From Octopus bimaculoides (lineage: Eukaryota): a stretch of DNA of 64,000 bases. Below the pieces are notes generated by a model, which was not told the DNA's origin, ran no database searches, and worked only from the letters and a program-made list of their open reading frames with translations. Positions 24,098-37,198 of the stretch are shown piece after piece. The stretch spans positions 86,967,323-87,031,322 of the forward strand of contig NC_068984.1 of the NCBI RefSeq assembly GCF_001194135.2. Direction: 5' to 3'. Position 1 is the first letter of the stretch, and each line of letters begins with the position of its first letter. The position numbers were made by a program, and so were the translations under genes.

Positions 24098-25634
24098 CTA
24101 GAAATAAAAATATGATTAAAAATTAAACATTACATTTCTACACAGAATTTCAAAAATATTTTGTTACTGAAATTTCTTACTAAATTAGAATAATTACTTA
24201 AGAAGTAATAATAATGGAAGAATTGCATTTTTTTTCACTCATTATGTAAAACAAGTTAAATATTTCTTCCCTAACGTCTCACTTAAATAACAGACTAGAA
24301 ATGTTTTGTGAGTTGCAGTTGTTTAGATGTTGATAGTGGTTTGCTGTTGCTGTATCCATACAGTTTCAGACACATTTGTCTCTATAGACCTAATTCCATC
24401 TAAAATACTCATTCATTCATATTAACCTCACCATATACAATTTTCTCATCATTTATCTTCTCATGAGGAAACGCAATGGCTTCTCAGTTATTTCTTAAAT
24501 TGCTATCTACAATACAATTCCACATTGCTTATTTTATGACACTTCAGTTTCTTCAGAGGATTTACTTGGAGGTAGCTTGTAGTAAGTTACTAACTATATG
24601 AGTTTCCCAACACATTTCTCTCTGTTCATATATGTATCTTAAAGTGTAATGGCAAGGCTATCCACACTAAGCTATTTATTACAATCTTCCAAGTATACAC
24701 ATTTTATTAATCCTATTTCTGGATGATATATCTGTATTACAAAAACAGTGAGGTAACCTGTCAACAGATTATTCATTATAATTCTCAAAACTACTCTACT
24801 TCTTCAGTATGGTCAGCCCGCTTCACATAAACTCTTCTATGTTCTTATATCACTTCTACTTTTCCACTTCCCTTTTTCTTTTTACCAACATAACTACTGA
24901 TTTGTTATTTAATTTAAAGTCAGCATTGAAATCACATTCAACCCATCTTGTTTTGGGGAAATAGTTTACCCAGACTGTGTATTTTTTTAAAGATAGCAGG
25001 ATGTGTTTTGAGGGTTGCTATTTCTAGTAAGTTGAGTAACCACATACAGACTTCCTTGTTTGAGCTTCTGCGATGAGATAGACAGCATCTATCAGTTTCT
25101 ATTTTGAAGTATCTTGAACCATAGTAGAAGACTTAGAGTGTCATAGAAATTTAGATACTTGCAAGGAAGTTGGAGAACGTAATTTGTGTCAGGATGTGCT
25201 TGGTAATACTAAAACATTATCACTGATAAGGGAAAGGTATTGAATGTTCAGATGTAGAGAATAAAATTCACAGGACCAATGCAATATGATACAATTCATT
25301 ACCATACAACCACAAGACTTATAATTAGATGTAATAGAAAAAGTAATTAGCTCTTTTAGAATCCTGAAATTAACAAAACTTGTCACTAGCTTCAGAATTT
25401 AAAAAGTCAATGATAGATGAATTCTCCCAGGAACAGAACATTTGACTATGATGTTATTTTTCCGGAATGGACCTGAAACCTAATCTCCAGCTCAGTAAAT
25501 GACATCAAGACTGTAAGATGTAACCTCATGATTCAGCACCTAATTGTTTGATATCTTTAGTTATTTTGTCTTTCCTTAATAAATTACAGCTGAATTCAAT
25601 ATGATAAAATATAAAAAGGTATAATAAGTCCATG

Positions 25635-25790
25635 AAGGTGCATAGCACAGTGGGTTTGGGTGTTGGTGTAGGACTCATGATTGTTAAGTCATGAGTTCAA
25701 TTCTTGGAATGTTCTTGAGCAAAGTACTTCATTTTGCGTTGCTCCAGTTCATTTAGCTGGGGGTTGAAGTGGGACTTGAACCTTGCAATA
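25635..25790 (+). mobile_element. Degraded tRNA-derived SINE
   Basis: A-box-like TAGCACAGTGG, B-box-like GAGTTCAATTC, followed by a CTTGAGCAAAGTACTT core. Confidence 0.55.
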
Positions 25791-26405
25791 GACTGGTGTC
25801 TCATTTGGGGGTTGGGTGGGGGCAGTCTTGTACTCACAATTACTTAAACACTTTGTAAATTATGATAAGCTCCAGCCAAAAGGGTTTGTAGGTTCGAGAC
25901 TGACTAACTTAATAGGAAAACCACTTCTCCCTCCTTGCCCATTATTTGAGCAACATCAAGGAGGAAGATGGTGAAAAACAGGATGCTGGCTGCATCTAAG
26001 GATTTTATTTGATTAAAAATATAAATCAAAGACAGATAATTTAAGAATACAGAGCAGCAAATTAAGACCAGCATTATTAATTGGAGACAATTTTAACAGT
26101 TTTGCAATAAATTATTATTATTTTTTTATAATACTGGTTTTAATGTGAGTTCAAATTCCACCGACGTCAACTTTGCCTTTCATCCTTTCGGAGTTGATAA
26201 ATTAAGCACCAGTTACATACTGGAGTTGATCTAATCAACTGGGCCCCCTCCCACAAAATTTTGGGCTTTGTGCCTAGAGTAGAAAAGAATACTGGTTTTT
26301 ATGAATCTCAGACACATAATTTCAATATTTCAATCAAATAAATATTTAATAAAAAAAAATCCATGATAAAATCCTTCAAAATATTTTCTCAAATTTGTAG
26401 CTTAC

Positions 26406-26490
26406 CTGCTGATACACCTTTCCTTTGTCAAGTCTATGCACACGGTCCCAAGACTGTGTCCCAGTGTGAGCATCATATATACGGAAAGGT
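26406..26490 (-). CDS. NT5DC3: NT5DC2/3-like exon 11
   Basis: ttgtag|A CCT...CAG|gtaag, 85 nt. Encodes (R)PFRIYDAHTGTQSWDRVHRLDKGKVYQQ. Confidence 0.95.
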
Positions 26491-26984
26491 CTACAAAGAG
26501 AAAAAGTATTTGCTTGAATGGAAAATAAACCAATAAGCATGAGATGTATTTCTTTTAAATAGTAAATTAGAAGGTTAAGAGTAACATATATTATGTCTAG
26601 AAGTTAAATGGTGATGCATATAAAGATGATGATTTACATTAGAGTTGGATCAACAACTCATTGATACAACATTCATTCTCTCAAGACCATGTAGATAGCA
26701 AGTAATTATTTACTTTGCATTTCTAAGACTGAATCATGTGGTGGACAGCTTAGAAATAAATGCAGGCTACCATACTTGAAGTGGTGAGCAGTAATTAATT
26801 TTGAAGGTGATGGTGCCACATAAAATGAACCCTATACACTTTGTAAAGTGGTTGGTGTTAGTAAGGGCATTGAGCCATAGAAACCAAGCCAAAACAGACT
26901 ATGGGATCTGGTGTGGCCCCTGGCCTTGCCTGTTCCTGTCAAGCCATACAACCCATCCCAGCATGGAAAATGGACATTAAATGT

Positions 26985-27016
<32 letters not shown>

Positions 27017-27863
27017 GTATAATTACAACCCTAATGAAAAGTCATTGATATCAGGTGCAAGGGAAAGAGCTCATGAAGTTTCAATCAGCTAAAAATTCTG
27101 AAAACATTTTGAGCTTTATTAGACCTCCTCTGCAATGTACAATTTGCTCAAGGGCTGCCAACATCTCAGAACAGATACAAGTTTTTAATATAAAGAACAT
27201 TTGCAATGTGGCAAATTAAAATAATAACCTCATAAAATCAATAAAAAAAAAACATTGCTTGGAAACAGATTAGGGCTGGTGACAGGAAGGACATCTGGCC
27301 ATAGAAAATCTGCCTCAAGAAATTCTGTCTGATCCATACAAACATGGAAAAGTGAATGTTAAATGATGATGACGATGACATGAAATACATTTGATCAGAA
27401 GAAATATACAATAAGATAAATGATTCTGTAGAAGGGATTAAATATAACATTAACGTGTTAGAGTACTGAACAAATAGAAAATAATTTTGTAATTTAACTG
27501 TTATAGAGATAATAGTAACAATGAGAACCCCTCCCACATGACAAGTGGTATGTGCTAGTCAGTACAAATACTGTGATGTAGGAAGTTAAGAAAGGGTCAG
27601 TCGGAATGTCAGTCAAAGATAGATAGTTATGTCTTTACTAGTCTAACTAACAATACTGCTATATTGGTGTGGGCATTACAACAGTGGCAGCAAGGAATTA
27701 ACAAACTCACAAGGAGTTACAAAACTCACAAAAGTTTTTTGTGTGAATTTTAGAGTATACAAAATTGTAAATTATGAAAGAATTGTTGGCCGGTTTGCTT
27801 GAGTTGCAAAAACAGCATATAATAGAAAGAAATAGTATAGCAAATACACTGAAGAAATCTTAC

Positions 27864-27965
27864 CTTGTGGCTTCATTAAAGAATTTTGGCTTTCTTGCAT
27901 TGGTGATGACAACATCAAAAAGGCTTTGCCAATCAGGACCAACAATATAGCGCATGCCAGCATCT
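27864..27965 (-). CDS. NT5DC3: NT5DC2/3-like exon 10 (HAD motif III Lys)
   Basis: attag|A GAT...ACA AG|gtaaga, 102 nt. Encodes (V)DAGMRYIVGPDWQSLFDVVITNARKPKFFNEAT(R). Confidence 0.96.
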
Positions 27966-28082
27966 CTAATAGAAAAATGTTTAGTTGTAATTAGCAAAAC
28001 TGAAAGCTACACAAAAAATATCCATATTTAAATGTAGTTAGCTAAATTAAACTGTTAATACTAAGTATAATAACAAACTCAC

Positions 28083-28185
28083 ACAAAAGGAAAGCCGCTG
28101 TTTGTAATAAGAAATAATTTTTTGTTAGCTTCAGTCAATCGTTGTAACAACATCAACACTTCAGGGCCTTTAACTAAATATTTCC
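28083..28185 (-). CDS. NT5DC3: NT5DC2/3-like exon 9 (HAD motif II LITNS)
   Basis: ttttag|GG AAA...TTT GT|gtgagt, 103 nt. Encodes (G)KYLVKGPEVLMLLQRLTEANKKLFLITNSGFPF(V). Confidence 0.96.
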
Positions 28186-29516
28186 CTAAAATTGAAAAAA
28201 TACAAAATTCATTAAAATTGATAAAATTTTGAAAATGCAAATTATAAACTACACTTTAACAAATAATTATAAATTTCTTCATAAAATTGTGGGAAAAAAA
28301 TGAAATTAAAAAAAGGAATTATTTTTTACATATTATCATTAACAGGAACATTTGTTTTCCATTTCTGTTGGGGACTGATACAAGAAAAAAATGTATAAAA
28401 ACAAAATAATGATAATAATAAATCACGAAAATAATATAACTTGGAATCCATAACCACTCATTAACCCTTCTCCTGTCCAAAGTATTTTCGTAAGCTTATC
28501 TTAAACATTTATGCTTGTTTCCCAACTTTTAGTTAGTCCTTGTTTTATACATTCTGCATAATATAAAGCTTTCCTTTTGTAAGTCCCAAGTTACTCTTGT
28601 ATAGTTTAAACCACTACACTAATGTTATGTTCTTTTCTTCATATTCAAAGATGATATTAATCACTAAATTAGATTTTCTTTAATCATTCACTATGATGAC
28701 CACACAAATACAAATCATAGTTCCTGTGATATTTTGTGACACAATCCATCAACATTCATCATCATTTTAATGTCCACTTTTCCATGATTGCATGGGTGGG
28801 ACAGAATATTTTTTCGAGGCAGATTTTCTATGGCTGGATGCCCTTCTTGTCACCAACCCTCACCTATTTCTGAACAAGGTAATATTTTGTAGACATATTT
28901 TCACATAATATTGAAAATGAATGACTTTTATTTACAATAACCACATGATGTCAAAACAAGGAAACATAAACACACACACACTTATATATATATGCACACA
29001 CACACACACACAGATATATATGATGGGCTTTTTTCAGCTTCTGCCAACCAAATCCACTCACATGGCATTGGTTGGCCTAAAGTAGAAGACATTTGCTTCA
29101 ATCAAATCGTCCATCCCATGCTAGCATGAAAGGCGGACGTTAAACGATGATGATGATGTGATGAAATAACAAACAAGTGTTGTTTTTGCAGACGTACTCA
29201 ATAAGAAGAAATAAAATTACTAAAAACAATTTAACAATGGAAATATAAAAATAACAGTTTTATCTACTCAGAATTAAGATTTACTTATTAGCAACTGTTT
29301 AGCTGCAAGTTAGGTGTGATAATCTTGTCCTTTCAAGCATTGTATGCCTAAGACTACATTATCTAATATATCACTTCCTTTTCAAGAAAACTAAGGTTTC
29401 ATTTGATGGAGATTTAGCTGCTACATCTAGCAAGTTGGGTGATCATATTGATGCTCTTTTATAAGCTTGAACAGAATTTAGTAATGTTTATATGTGAAGA
29501 ATAGAATGAAACTTAC

Positions 29517-29577
29517 CAATATTAGACATGATTTCTTGATGTAGCTGACCAGATAAGTGAATGTCTTGTACTGCAGA
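29517..29577 (-). CDS. NT5DC3: NT5DC2/3-like exon 8
   Basis: ttatag|TCT...ATT G|gtaagt, 61 nt. Encodes SAVQDIHLSGQLHQEIMSNI. Confidence 0.93.
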
Positions 29578-30069
29578 CTATAAGAGAATGGGCAAAATGA
29601 AGCTGTAAGAATGGTTTTAGTTATAAATTTTAGTTATCTTAACCATCTTCACAATAATTACCAAAGAAGAAGCCAGCCAAGGAGTTATCTCACCAAATAA
29701 CTTTCTTCTATTATAAACAACTCCAGCAATAACGGATGATAATTTCTATGTATGAAAATAGAGTTACTTTGTATAAAGGATGGGATATAGATTAGCTTGA
29801 CTGGGTTATGTTCCTCATGCATATTTAACCCTTTTTTATATCATCTTTGGTTGAATACATATGGAATGAATACAAAATCCTAATTTAATTGGTTCACTAC
29901 TAAAGTATTGAGTTCTATGTCAGATGTTTGCAATGAGTAAAGTATAATATTTGTTTTTATATATAGTTATGTATAAAAAGAGTCAACCATTAATTGAAGG
30001 CTCATACCAAACATGTAAGTAAAATATTACATTTATTTTTACAAAGAAAATTTGACAGTGACTTAGAAG

Positions 30070-30700
30070 TTTTATTGGTTGATGGCTTCATCATAGCTAA
30101 TGACTGAACTTTTTCCTCGCAAAAATGAATACACACACACATGTAACAATGCCACCCATTTATTCAAGCATTGTGGCATAGTTTTAGCTGACAGGATACT
30201 GCTATGCAGGTTGATCATTTGGCATTTCATCTTTGCACTTCTAATTCTAAACTCTAGCTTCACCATTTATTGGTATGAATATGTGTTCCTTCTTCTACAT
30301 AGAAATTCACACAAGAATGACATAGTCCTTTTCCAAAATGTCACTGCCAAGATCTGTTATTGGAATTAGGTCTGTAACTGGAAGTATGAATGAACTGACA
30401 GCTCTCTTCCATCTATGACTCTTCTTTCCTGATTCAAATGCAGTCAAATGTTACCAAAGAGAATCTTTATTTATGTTACTTCCACTAGCTAAAATAAACA
30501 AATTCTAATAAAGCTCCCTTCTACTAATACCAACACCCACCTTGAATTTACAAAGCAAACTTCAGAGTCTGGACATAAGTGATTCTAGTAATTTTCAGTA
30601 AATAACTTTGGTAATCTTGTCAAGAGTGAATGCCCGAACAGATCTGGTCTAAACTGAAGATTTTCAAACAACATTTTAAGTTCATTTTTTGACCAACAGA
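30070..30700 (-). mobile_element. Possible degraded hAT (Buster/Charlie-type) transposase remnant
   Basis: LHSSILSAKTMPQCL resembles the hAT CxxH(R)xALxxKTMPxxL segment. The remainder is heavily interrupted. Confidence 0.25.
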
Positions 30701-31016
30701 AATTTGACATATCTATCTTAAATATATATTTATAACTAGATATTCTCAACTATAAATACTTGCAACAAGAAAGTGAGACTGTTATTTTCCAGCTCAGTAC
30801 TGTTTTGTGAAAAACTGTCAAAGCTAAATACTTTAAAGATGCCACATTTGAAAAATGACAAAATTGATAAACTATATTATACAAAGAAACATAAAAAAAA
30901 AGTGAGATAAGAAAGGAAAAGAAAGAAAAGAAAAGGGTGGGGGTAAAGAAAAGCAAACAAAAGAAATCAAATTATAAAAGTCAGTCAAAGCTAAAGAGAT
31001 ATTCAAAGTTACTTAC

Positions 31017-31073
31017 TCGGACATCATGAAAGACATATTCAGGGTCAAAAGGAATACTGTTACGAAGGAAGTA
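31017..31073 (-). CDS. NT5DC3: NT5DC2/3-like exon 7
   Basis: ttttag|TAC...CGA|gtaagt, 57 nt. Encodes YFLRNSIPFDPEYVFHDVR. Confidence 0.94.
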
Positions 31074-31383
31074 CTAAAAAAGAGAAAAAAAAAAAAAAAA
31101 AAAAGAATATTTTCAAAAATGAGATATCAACAAAAACAAGACTTTAAAAAAATTTACTTTCAGCTAATTTGTTTCAACATTATGCAAAGGCATATTAGCT
31201 AAATTATCTCTGGTATCAGCTACATTACCTCCATTTTTATTTTAGGGTCCATTACATGGTTCTACTGACACAGATGGGTACAAGCATAGCTGTGTTTTGC
31301 CACCATGTGGTTTCAGATTCGATCCAATGCCAAAGGACCTTGGGCAAGTGTCTACTACCATAGTTGTGAATTGACCAATGCCT

Positions 31384-31550
31384 TCATCATCATCATCATC
31401 ATCGTTTAACGTCCGCTTTCCATGCTAGCATGGGCTGGGCGATTTGACTGAGGACTGGTGAACCAGATGGCTACACCAGGCTCCAATCTGATTTGGCAGA
31501 GTTTCTACAGCTGGATACCCTTCCTAACGCCAACCACTCAGAGAGTGTGT
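31384..31550 (-). mobile_element. Young (GAT)n-tailed RTE 3' fragment next to a CORE-type SINE fragment
   Basis: CATCATCATCGTTTAACGTCCGCTTTCCATGCTAGCATGG with CpGs retained. It abuts the SINE fragment at 31285-31383. Confidence 0.85.
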
Positions 31551-31616
31551 GGTGAGCAGAATTTGCTAGATTGAAATTGTGCAGAAGGCTATCATATATG
31601 CATATATATATATATA

Positions 31617-32751
31617 TGTAAGGACGACCGTGCGAACTCAAAAAGGAGAAATGGTGACGAATGGAAAAACAGAGGACTCCTTTTATTTAAACGCGTCACA
31701 CGGTCGAACACAAAAATAATATATATATCAAAGATGATATACAAATATGTTATACTACGATAACATAGATGACCAGTAATGAAAGACCACAACCGTATAA
31801 GATGAATAACAAAGATATTTATTGTGGCATTAAAGTGTATGTCTGTGTGTGAGTGTGAATGCGACATATAAGAACATAATCAAAGACGGGCCATCGTACA
31901 AAGAAAAGTATGTATGTGAGTGATACATGTATGTGTATGTGAGATATTACAGCAGATAGAAAGAGAGTCAGTAACACGTGAGCATTTTATACCAGTTCTG
32001 AGTACACTATAGTATGAGTCTGTATGTGAAAGTAGTTGAGGCTGTGTGTGTCAGAGCTGATCACTAGTTGTGATGTTGTGGCATCGATGCCGGGCCGTGA
32101 TTCTTGTTATACAGATGTTTGTCACTGGCTGAGATCTCTTGTCTGTTTATTTATCGTGGTGAAGCTAAGTCACCTAACAGAATCGAAGAGAGAGATGTGC
32201 CGCGGTGGTTTAGTTTGGTGTACATAGTAAGTCGTGTTGACGCTGGTGGAGATTGATGCTGGTTAGTAGTAATAGTAGAATCGTGTTGGTCATGACGATG
32301 ATGCTGGTTAGTAGTCGTAGACTAGTGTAGCTGATGTGGCGACGGCGGTGGTCATCGTTGGACGAAGCTGTTGATGTGTCGCTGGCTGCCGCTGCTGCTG
32401 CTGTCGTGTGGTACACGGAACAGATCTCAAAGAGAAACTGAACCGAGACAAATTTGCTGGGTATGAGTTGATCTATTTATAGCGTTCAGGGGGGCTCCAA
32501 GACCGTAGTAGAAAAACACTATCACATGACCTTATTAAGGGCTGTGATTGGTCAGTTTGCATTCTGGCGGGAATGGTTCGAAGAAGTTGCCGATTTGAAT
32601 AATAATCAGTCACATGATGACAAGGAATGGGTTCTCCACTACGCTCGCGTTTGTTTATATTTAAATGAGAAGAATGGCGATAGCAGTTTTGTATCTAATG
32701 GCGATAGGTAGTTTTGTATGTAATGGCGATCGAGGTGTTAGTTTCACTACA
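31617..32751 (-). mobile_element. Solo LTR (1135 bp) inserted in (TA)n
   Basis: TGTA...TACA termini and (TA)n on both flanks. CpG-rich. On the minus strand: CCAAT at 32551-32547, TATAAA at 32481-32476, AATAAA near 31820. Confidence 0.75.
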
Positions 32752-32767
32752 TATATATATATATATA

Positions 32768-33195
32768 CAATATCTATTTTATGCACAACACAGCACAAAT
32801 TAAAAGAACTGGAATAAATTTAAATATTTCAAAACTGTGCCTTAAGTGAAATATGTGAACACATTCTTTCTATATTACAGATGTAGAAGAAAAAGATAAT
32901 CTTTTGATCGACTGTTTCAAGGTTTGTTGAATGCTCCTCAGAGAAGTCATACATAGCTTCCTTCCTTAATTAATAGCACAGAGCATTCATCTACTATATA
33001 AAGCAGCCATAAATTCAGCTAGTACTGAGGTGGATAGCCTAGTTTGTATATATGTGGTAGCTCATCATTAGTTAAACAATATCTATTTTATGCACAGCAT
33101 TCACATTATTTCACTTAAAGTAGAGTAAGGCTTAGTAGTATTTAAATTTATTTCGCTTCTGATTTATGTTGTATTGTACATTAAAATAGATGTTG
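32768..33195. mobile_element. Fold-back/MITE with ~90 bp imperfect terminal inverted repeats
   Basis: Left arm caatatctattttatgcac...aataaatttaaatat...aagtgaaatatgtgaa. Right arm ttcacattatttcactt...tatttaaatttatt...tgtacattaaaatagatgttg. Confidence 0.6.
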
Positions 33196-33654
33196 TTTCC
33201 TCAGTTATGAAATACTTTAGAAGTACAATATGGATTTTTTCCTTTGCAACACAAAGTCAATTTTTGTAGATAAGAGTAAATCAACCCTGGTATATAACAA
33301 GTACTTTTTCTTATACACTACAAAGGGATGAAATGCAAGGCAAACACTGGCACAATTTGAATACGTGTGTAAAACTTTACCATTTTTGTCAAATCACTGT
33401 ACTGTGGAATGTAATTTGAAATACATTTTTCATTATTAAGAATTTCTGGAAAATTAATTTACAACTGTAATAAGTATTTAGTACAGTTATAAAGTAATAA
33501 CAATATGTAATATACTGTAACTTATTAACAAAGACTTTGTTTATATATTGTATCAAAGGCCAGGAAAACCTCATTAAATTAATTTCACTTAGCATACAGG
33601 GAACTATTTCAAAGTAATTTTGAAGTGACTACAGCAGAATACTAGCTAATTTGG

Positions 33655-33728
33655 TTAGTGTGGGATGGATTTGAGCCACCAACATAAGGATAAGGATTAC
33701 TACGCTTTACCAACTGAGCCACCACAAA
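33655..33728 (-). pseudogene. tRNA-like relic (isolated SINE head or tRNA pseudogene)
   Basis: TGGCTCAGTTGGTAAAGC D-arm/A-box, T-arm GGTGG-CTCAAAT-CCATC, 5 of 7 acceptor pairs. The anticodon stem does not pair. Confidence 0.5.
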
Positions 33729-33768
33729 CAAGATAATAATATATGAACAAGCATCAAAAGACTTTTAC

Positions 33769-33837
33769 CTCAGTAACATTTGCTAACAGCGTAATTTCTG
33801 GAAGGGCAAACAGATCCATCAATTGATGCATTAAACC
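33769..33837 (-). CDS. NT5DC3: NT5DC2/3-like exon 6
   Basis: tatcag|GGT...GAG|gtaaaa, 69 nt. Encodes GLMHQLMDLFALPEITLLANVTE. Confidence 0.95.
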
Positions 33838-34126
33838 CTGATAAAACAAAAGAAATTCAGGATAATCATTATAAAGTACATAAAATGTCAACAAAGATTT
33901 TATTTATATATTTTTTAAATTTGATATTCCATTTTTCTCATGGTTTACTTACATATTAATGAAAAGAAAACAAGGAAACAAAAGAAAAAATTAATGATTG
34001 ATATAGGCTGGATGATAATTCATAAATGAAGTGATCTCTGAATGCTGAGCTCAAAAAGATACGATGAAGGAGTGTAGTAAGTAGTGAATAGACCTGACCA
34101 GCAAAGAAAAGTAGAGGTAAAAAAGA

Positions 34127-34157
<31 letters not shown>

Positions 34158-34171
34158 GTAGTAGTAGTAGC

Positions 34172-37100
34172 AGAGACAACAACAGTCTCTACAACTGTCA
34201 CAGGGATGAATACTAATAATTTTAATGTCGCACAAATATATCTTATGAAACAAAAAGGAAAACTACAACACTACATCAAATTCCTTGTCCTATGGTTAAT
34301 CTGGAAGTGTGCCCCCCAGGAGAGAGCTGGTCTGAGGTTGAAAAGTCATCCATTGGCACAATCTCTTCTCTGAATACAAACTTGGCTGGTCACTTGAATA
34401 GGAACTGCCCCAACTTGAGCTCTCCAAGTCCACCACCACACCCACCACAGAAAGAAAAATGAAGAGGATCAAATGGACCCAAGAAGAGTATACAGAAGTA
34501 ATATACACTGATTAATATGCATTAGGCAGGCCATCTGAAGAGAAACACACTGTACACTCTTATCAAATAATGGAGAACATGAAATCAAGACAGCAGACTA
34601 TATGTGGAAGAAAACAAGTAAGTAAATGTTAAGAGGGATATCTTCAGAAATAAAAGGTTCACAGATAGTGAAATAACAGCAATCAAACACATAGCAGAAA
34701 ATGACCTAAATATAGGGCAGAAAGGAAATAAAGAACCAGATGAAGAGAGCAACTCTCCAAGAGTTTCAGTTGAAAGAATACCATCTGACCAGAAGATGCA
34801 AATGTCTGAAGAAATAAATTGTAATGAACCTGATAAAGATAGTGAGGAAAGTGGTAAAGAAACAATATTAGAAGACTACACATCTACTGAAGAACATAGA
34901 GAGTCTATGATAGAAATGAAGCAGAAAATCCTGAATAAGCTTGCAGTTGTAAGACACACCAGTATGCATGATAGAGAAACACTTCATAAACTCTAAAATA
35001 CAATCCAAAATAGAAAACAAACTAAAATTTATGGAACAGAACAATATTTTCCCACTGAACAAAAAGGATGCTGATGAAGCTCTGATGGGTGCAAAGACCA
35101 ACTCTTAATCAATTGCATGATCCTTGAGAACTGTCATAACAGAAATCTCAGTTCCGCATAGATTGATTATAAAAAGGCCTTTGACAGCACACAGCATTCA
35201 TGGATCTTGAAATCACAGGATATCTTTAAAATTTCTCCTGTGATTTCAAACTTCCTGAAGCACAACATGTCAATGTGGAATACAAATTTCCAGTTATACA
35301 TCTGTAATGGAGTACTAACCACAAAAAATATTAATATCAACTGCGGAATTTTCTAAAGTGACTCACTTTCACCTTCAGTTTTTTGCTTAGCCCTGATACC
35401 CCTTACAAGTGAACTTAACAGAATAGGGTATGGATATAAAATTGGCGACAAAAAAATAAGTCATCTATTTTATATGGATGACTTAAAACTTTATGGCAAA
35501 GATGATAATGAGCTTGAAGGACTACTATGTACTGTGAAAGATTTCAGCGATGACATCGGGATGGAATTTGATCTTGATAAATGTGTCAAGGCCACTTTCC
35601 ATAAAGGGAAATTGAAGACCTCACATTCAGTGATGCTGGATGTTGACAGTCATAAAAGAACTTGAGCATGAACAAACTTACAAATACCTCAAAATAAATG
35701 AGGGCTCTGGCATTCAACATGCAAGTATGAAAGAGATCAGGAAGGAATGTTACAGGAGAGTTCAAGCAGTCCTAAAATCCAAGTTAAATGCATATAATAA
35801 GGTGTTAGCTATAAATTCCTTAGCAGTTCCGGTTGTTATTTACAGTTTCAATGTGTTGAACTGGAATATGAGTGAAATAAGGAAGATTGACAAAAAGATC
35901 CATAAGCTGTTGACTTGCAATAAGATGCACCACCCAAAGGCAGACATAGATTGTTTTTACCTACCAAGAGCTTAAGGAAACTGAGGCTTGATCCAATTTG
36001 AAATCTCTTACAAAACCACACAATTGGCCTGGCAAAATATCTTGAAACATCTAATGACTGGATGCTAAAACTCATTGAAAACCATGAAAGATGTAAGAAA
36101 CTTCATTCTGTTATGAAGGAGAGCAAAAAATTTTCAAGTGAGTTTATGCATAATATCCAGGTTGAACAGCATGATGGAAGTGCAACTGTAGTTGCAAAGA
36201 AAGTGAAATCAATAACAAAACAAAATACGTTTGAACAATTGACTGATAAGTGGGAACAAAAACCTCTGCATGACAAATATGTGACCTGTAGCAAACAAGG
36301 TAATGTAGACCAGAAGCACACCCATCAGTGGCTACGGAGCTCAAGGCTAAAGGCAGACAGTGAAGGCTTTATCTTGGCAGCTCAAGAACAGAGCTTATTG
36401 ACCCAGAACTATCAAGCCAATGTGATGAAAAATGTTGTAGACCCAAAGTGCCAATACTGCAACAATGAGATTGAAACAATGGACCACCTTATCTCTGAGT
36501 GCAAGGTTTTAGCACTTGTAGAATATAAATCAAGAAATGACAGAGTTGGCCAATATCTACATTGAATAATATGTCAGCATTATAAAATCAAAACTGGTAC
36601 AAGCATCACCATGAGGCTGTAACTGAAGTAGAAAATGTAACAATTCTTTGGGGCTTTCCAGTATGTACAGACTGTACCATCAAAGCAAATAAACCAGATA
36701 TTCCTGTGAAAGACCAAAACAATATAGTATGTTTATTGATTGACAGAAGCATACCCTGTGACCATAATATCTTGGCAATTTGATAAGCTCAGAAAATATA
36801 AAGATTTGGTAATTGAAATTGAAAAGATGTAGCATCTCAAAACAGTTACAATACCAGTGATTGTAGGAGCACTTGGAATGATCAAAAAAAGGAACTGAAA
36901 ATTATTTAAAAATGAACTCTGGCTTACCATCCATGCAGGAAGTGCAAAAGATTATCTTAACTGGTACTTCACATGTACTGAGAAGAGTATTGTCACTGTG
37001 AATTTCCTTTTCTTTTTCCCCCCTTTATTTTCTTTGTTTACTTTTTTATTTTTTCTCTCTGTCTGTCATTCTTCCCCTTTTTCTCTATCACATGACTTTG

Positions 37101-37198
37101 TAAATGAACAATCTGGTGTGTTTATTTTAATGGCCTACCAATGTATAGTGCATTTCTCTGCCCTAGGTGTCATGAAGACACTCAGCAGAAAATGGAAA
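34172..37198 (+). mobile_element. R4/Dong-type non-LTR retrotransposon with restriction-like endonuclease, internally deleted and decayed
   Basis: N-terminal KWTQEEY Myb-like motif. RT motifs EQKGC, CKDQLLI, IDYKKAFDS, GIF*SDSLSP (stop at 35354) and YMDDLKL. CCHC knuckle CQYC..ETMDHLISEC. RLE motifs KPDI, LID, KYKDL. Flanked by (AAT)n(AGT)n and (AGT)n. Confidence 0.9.
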
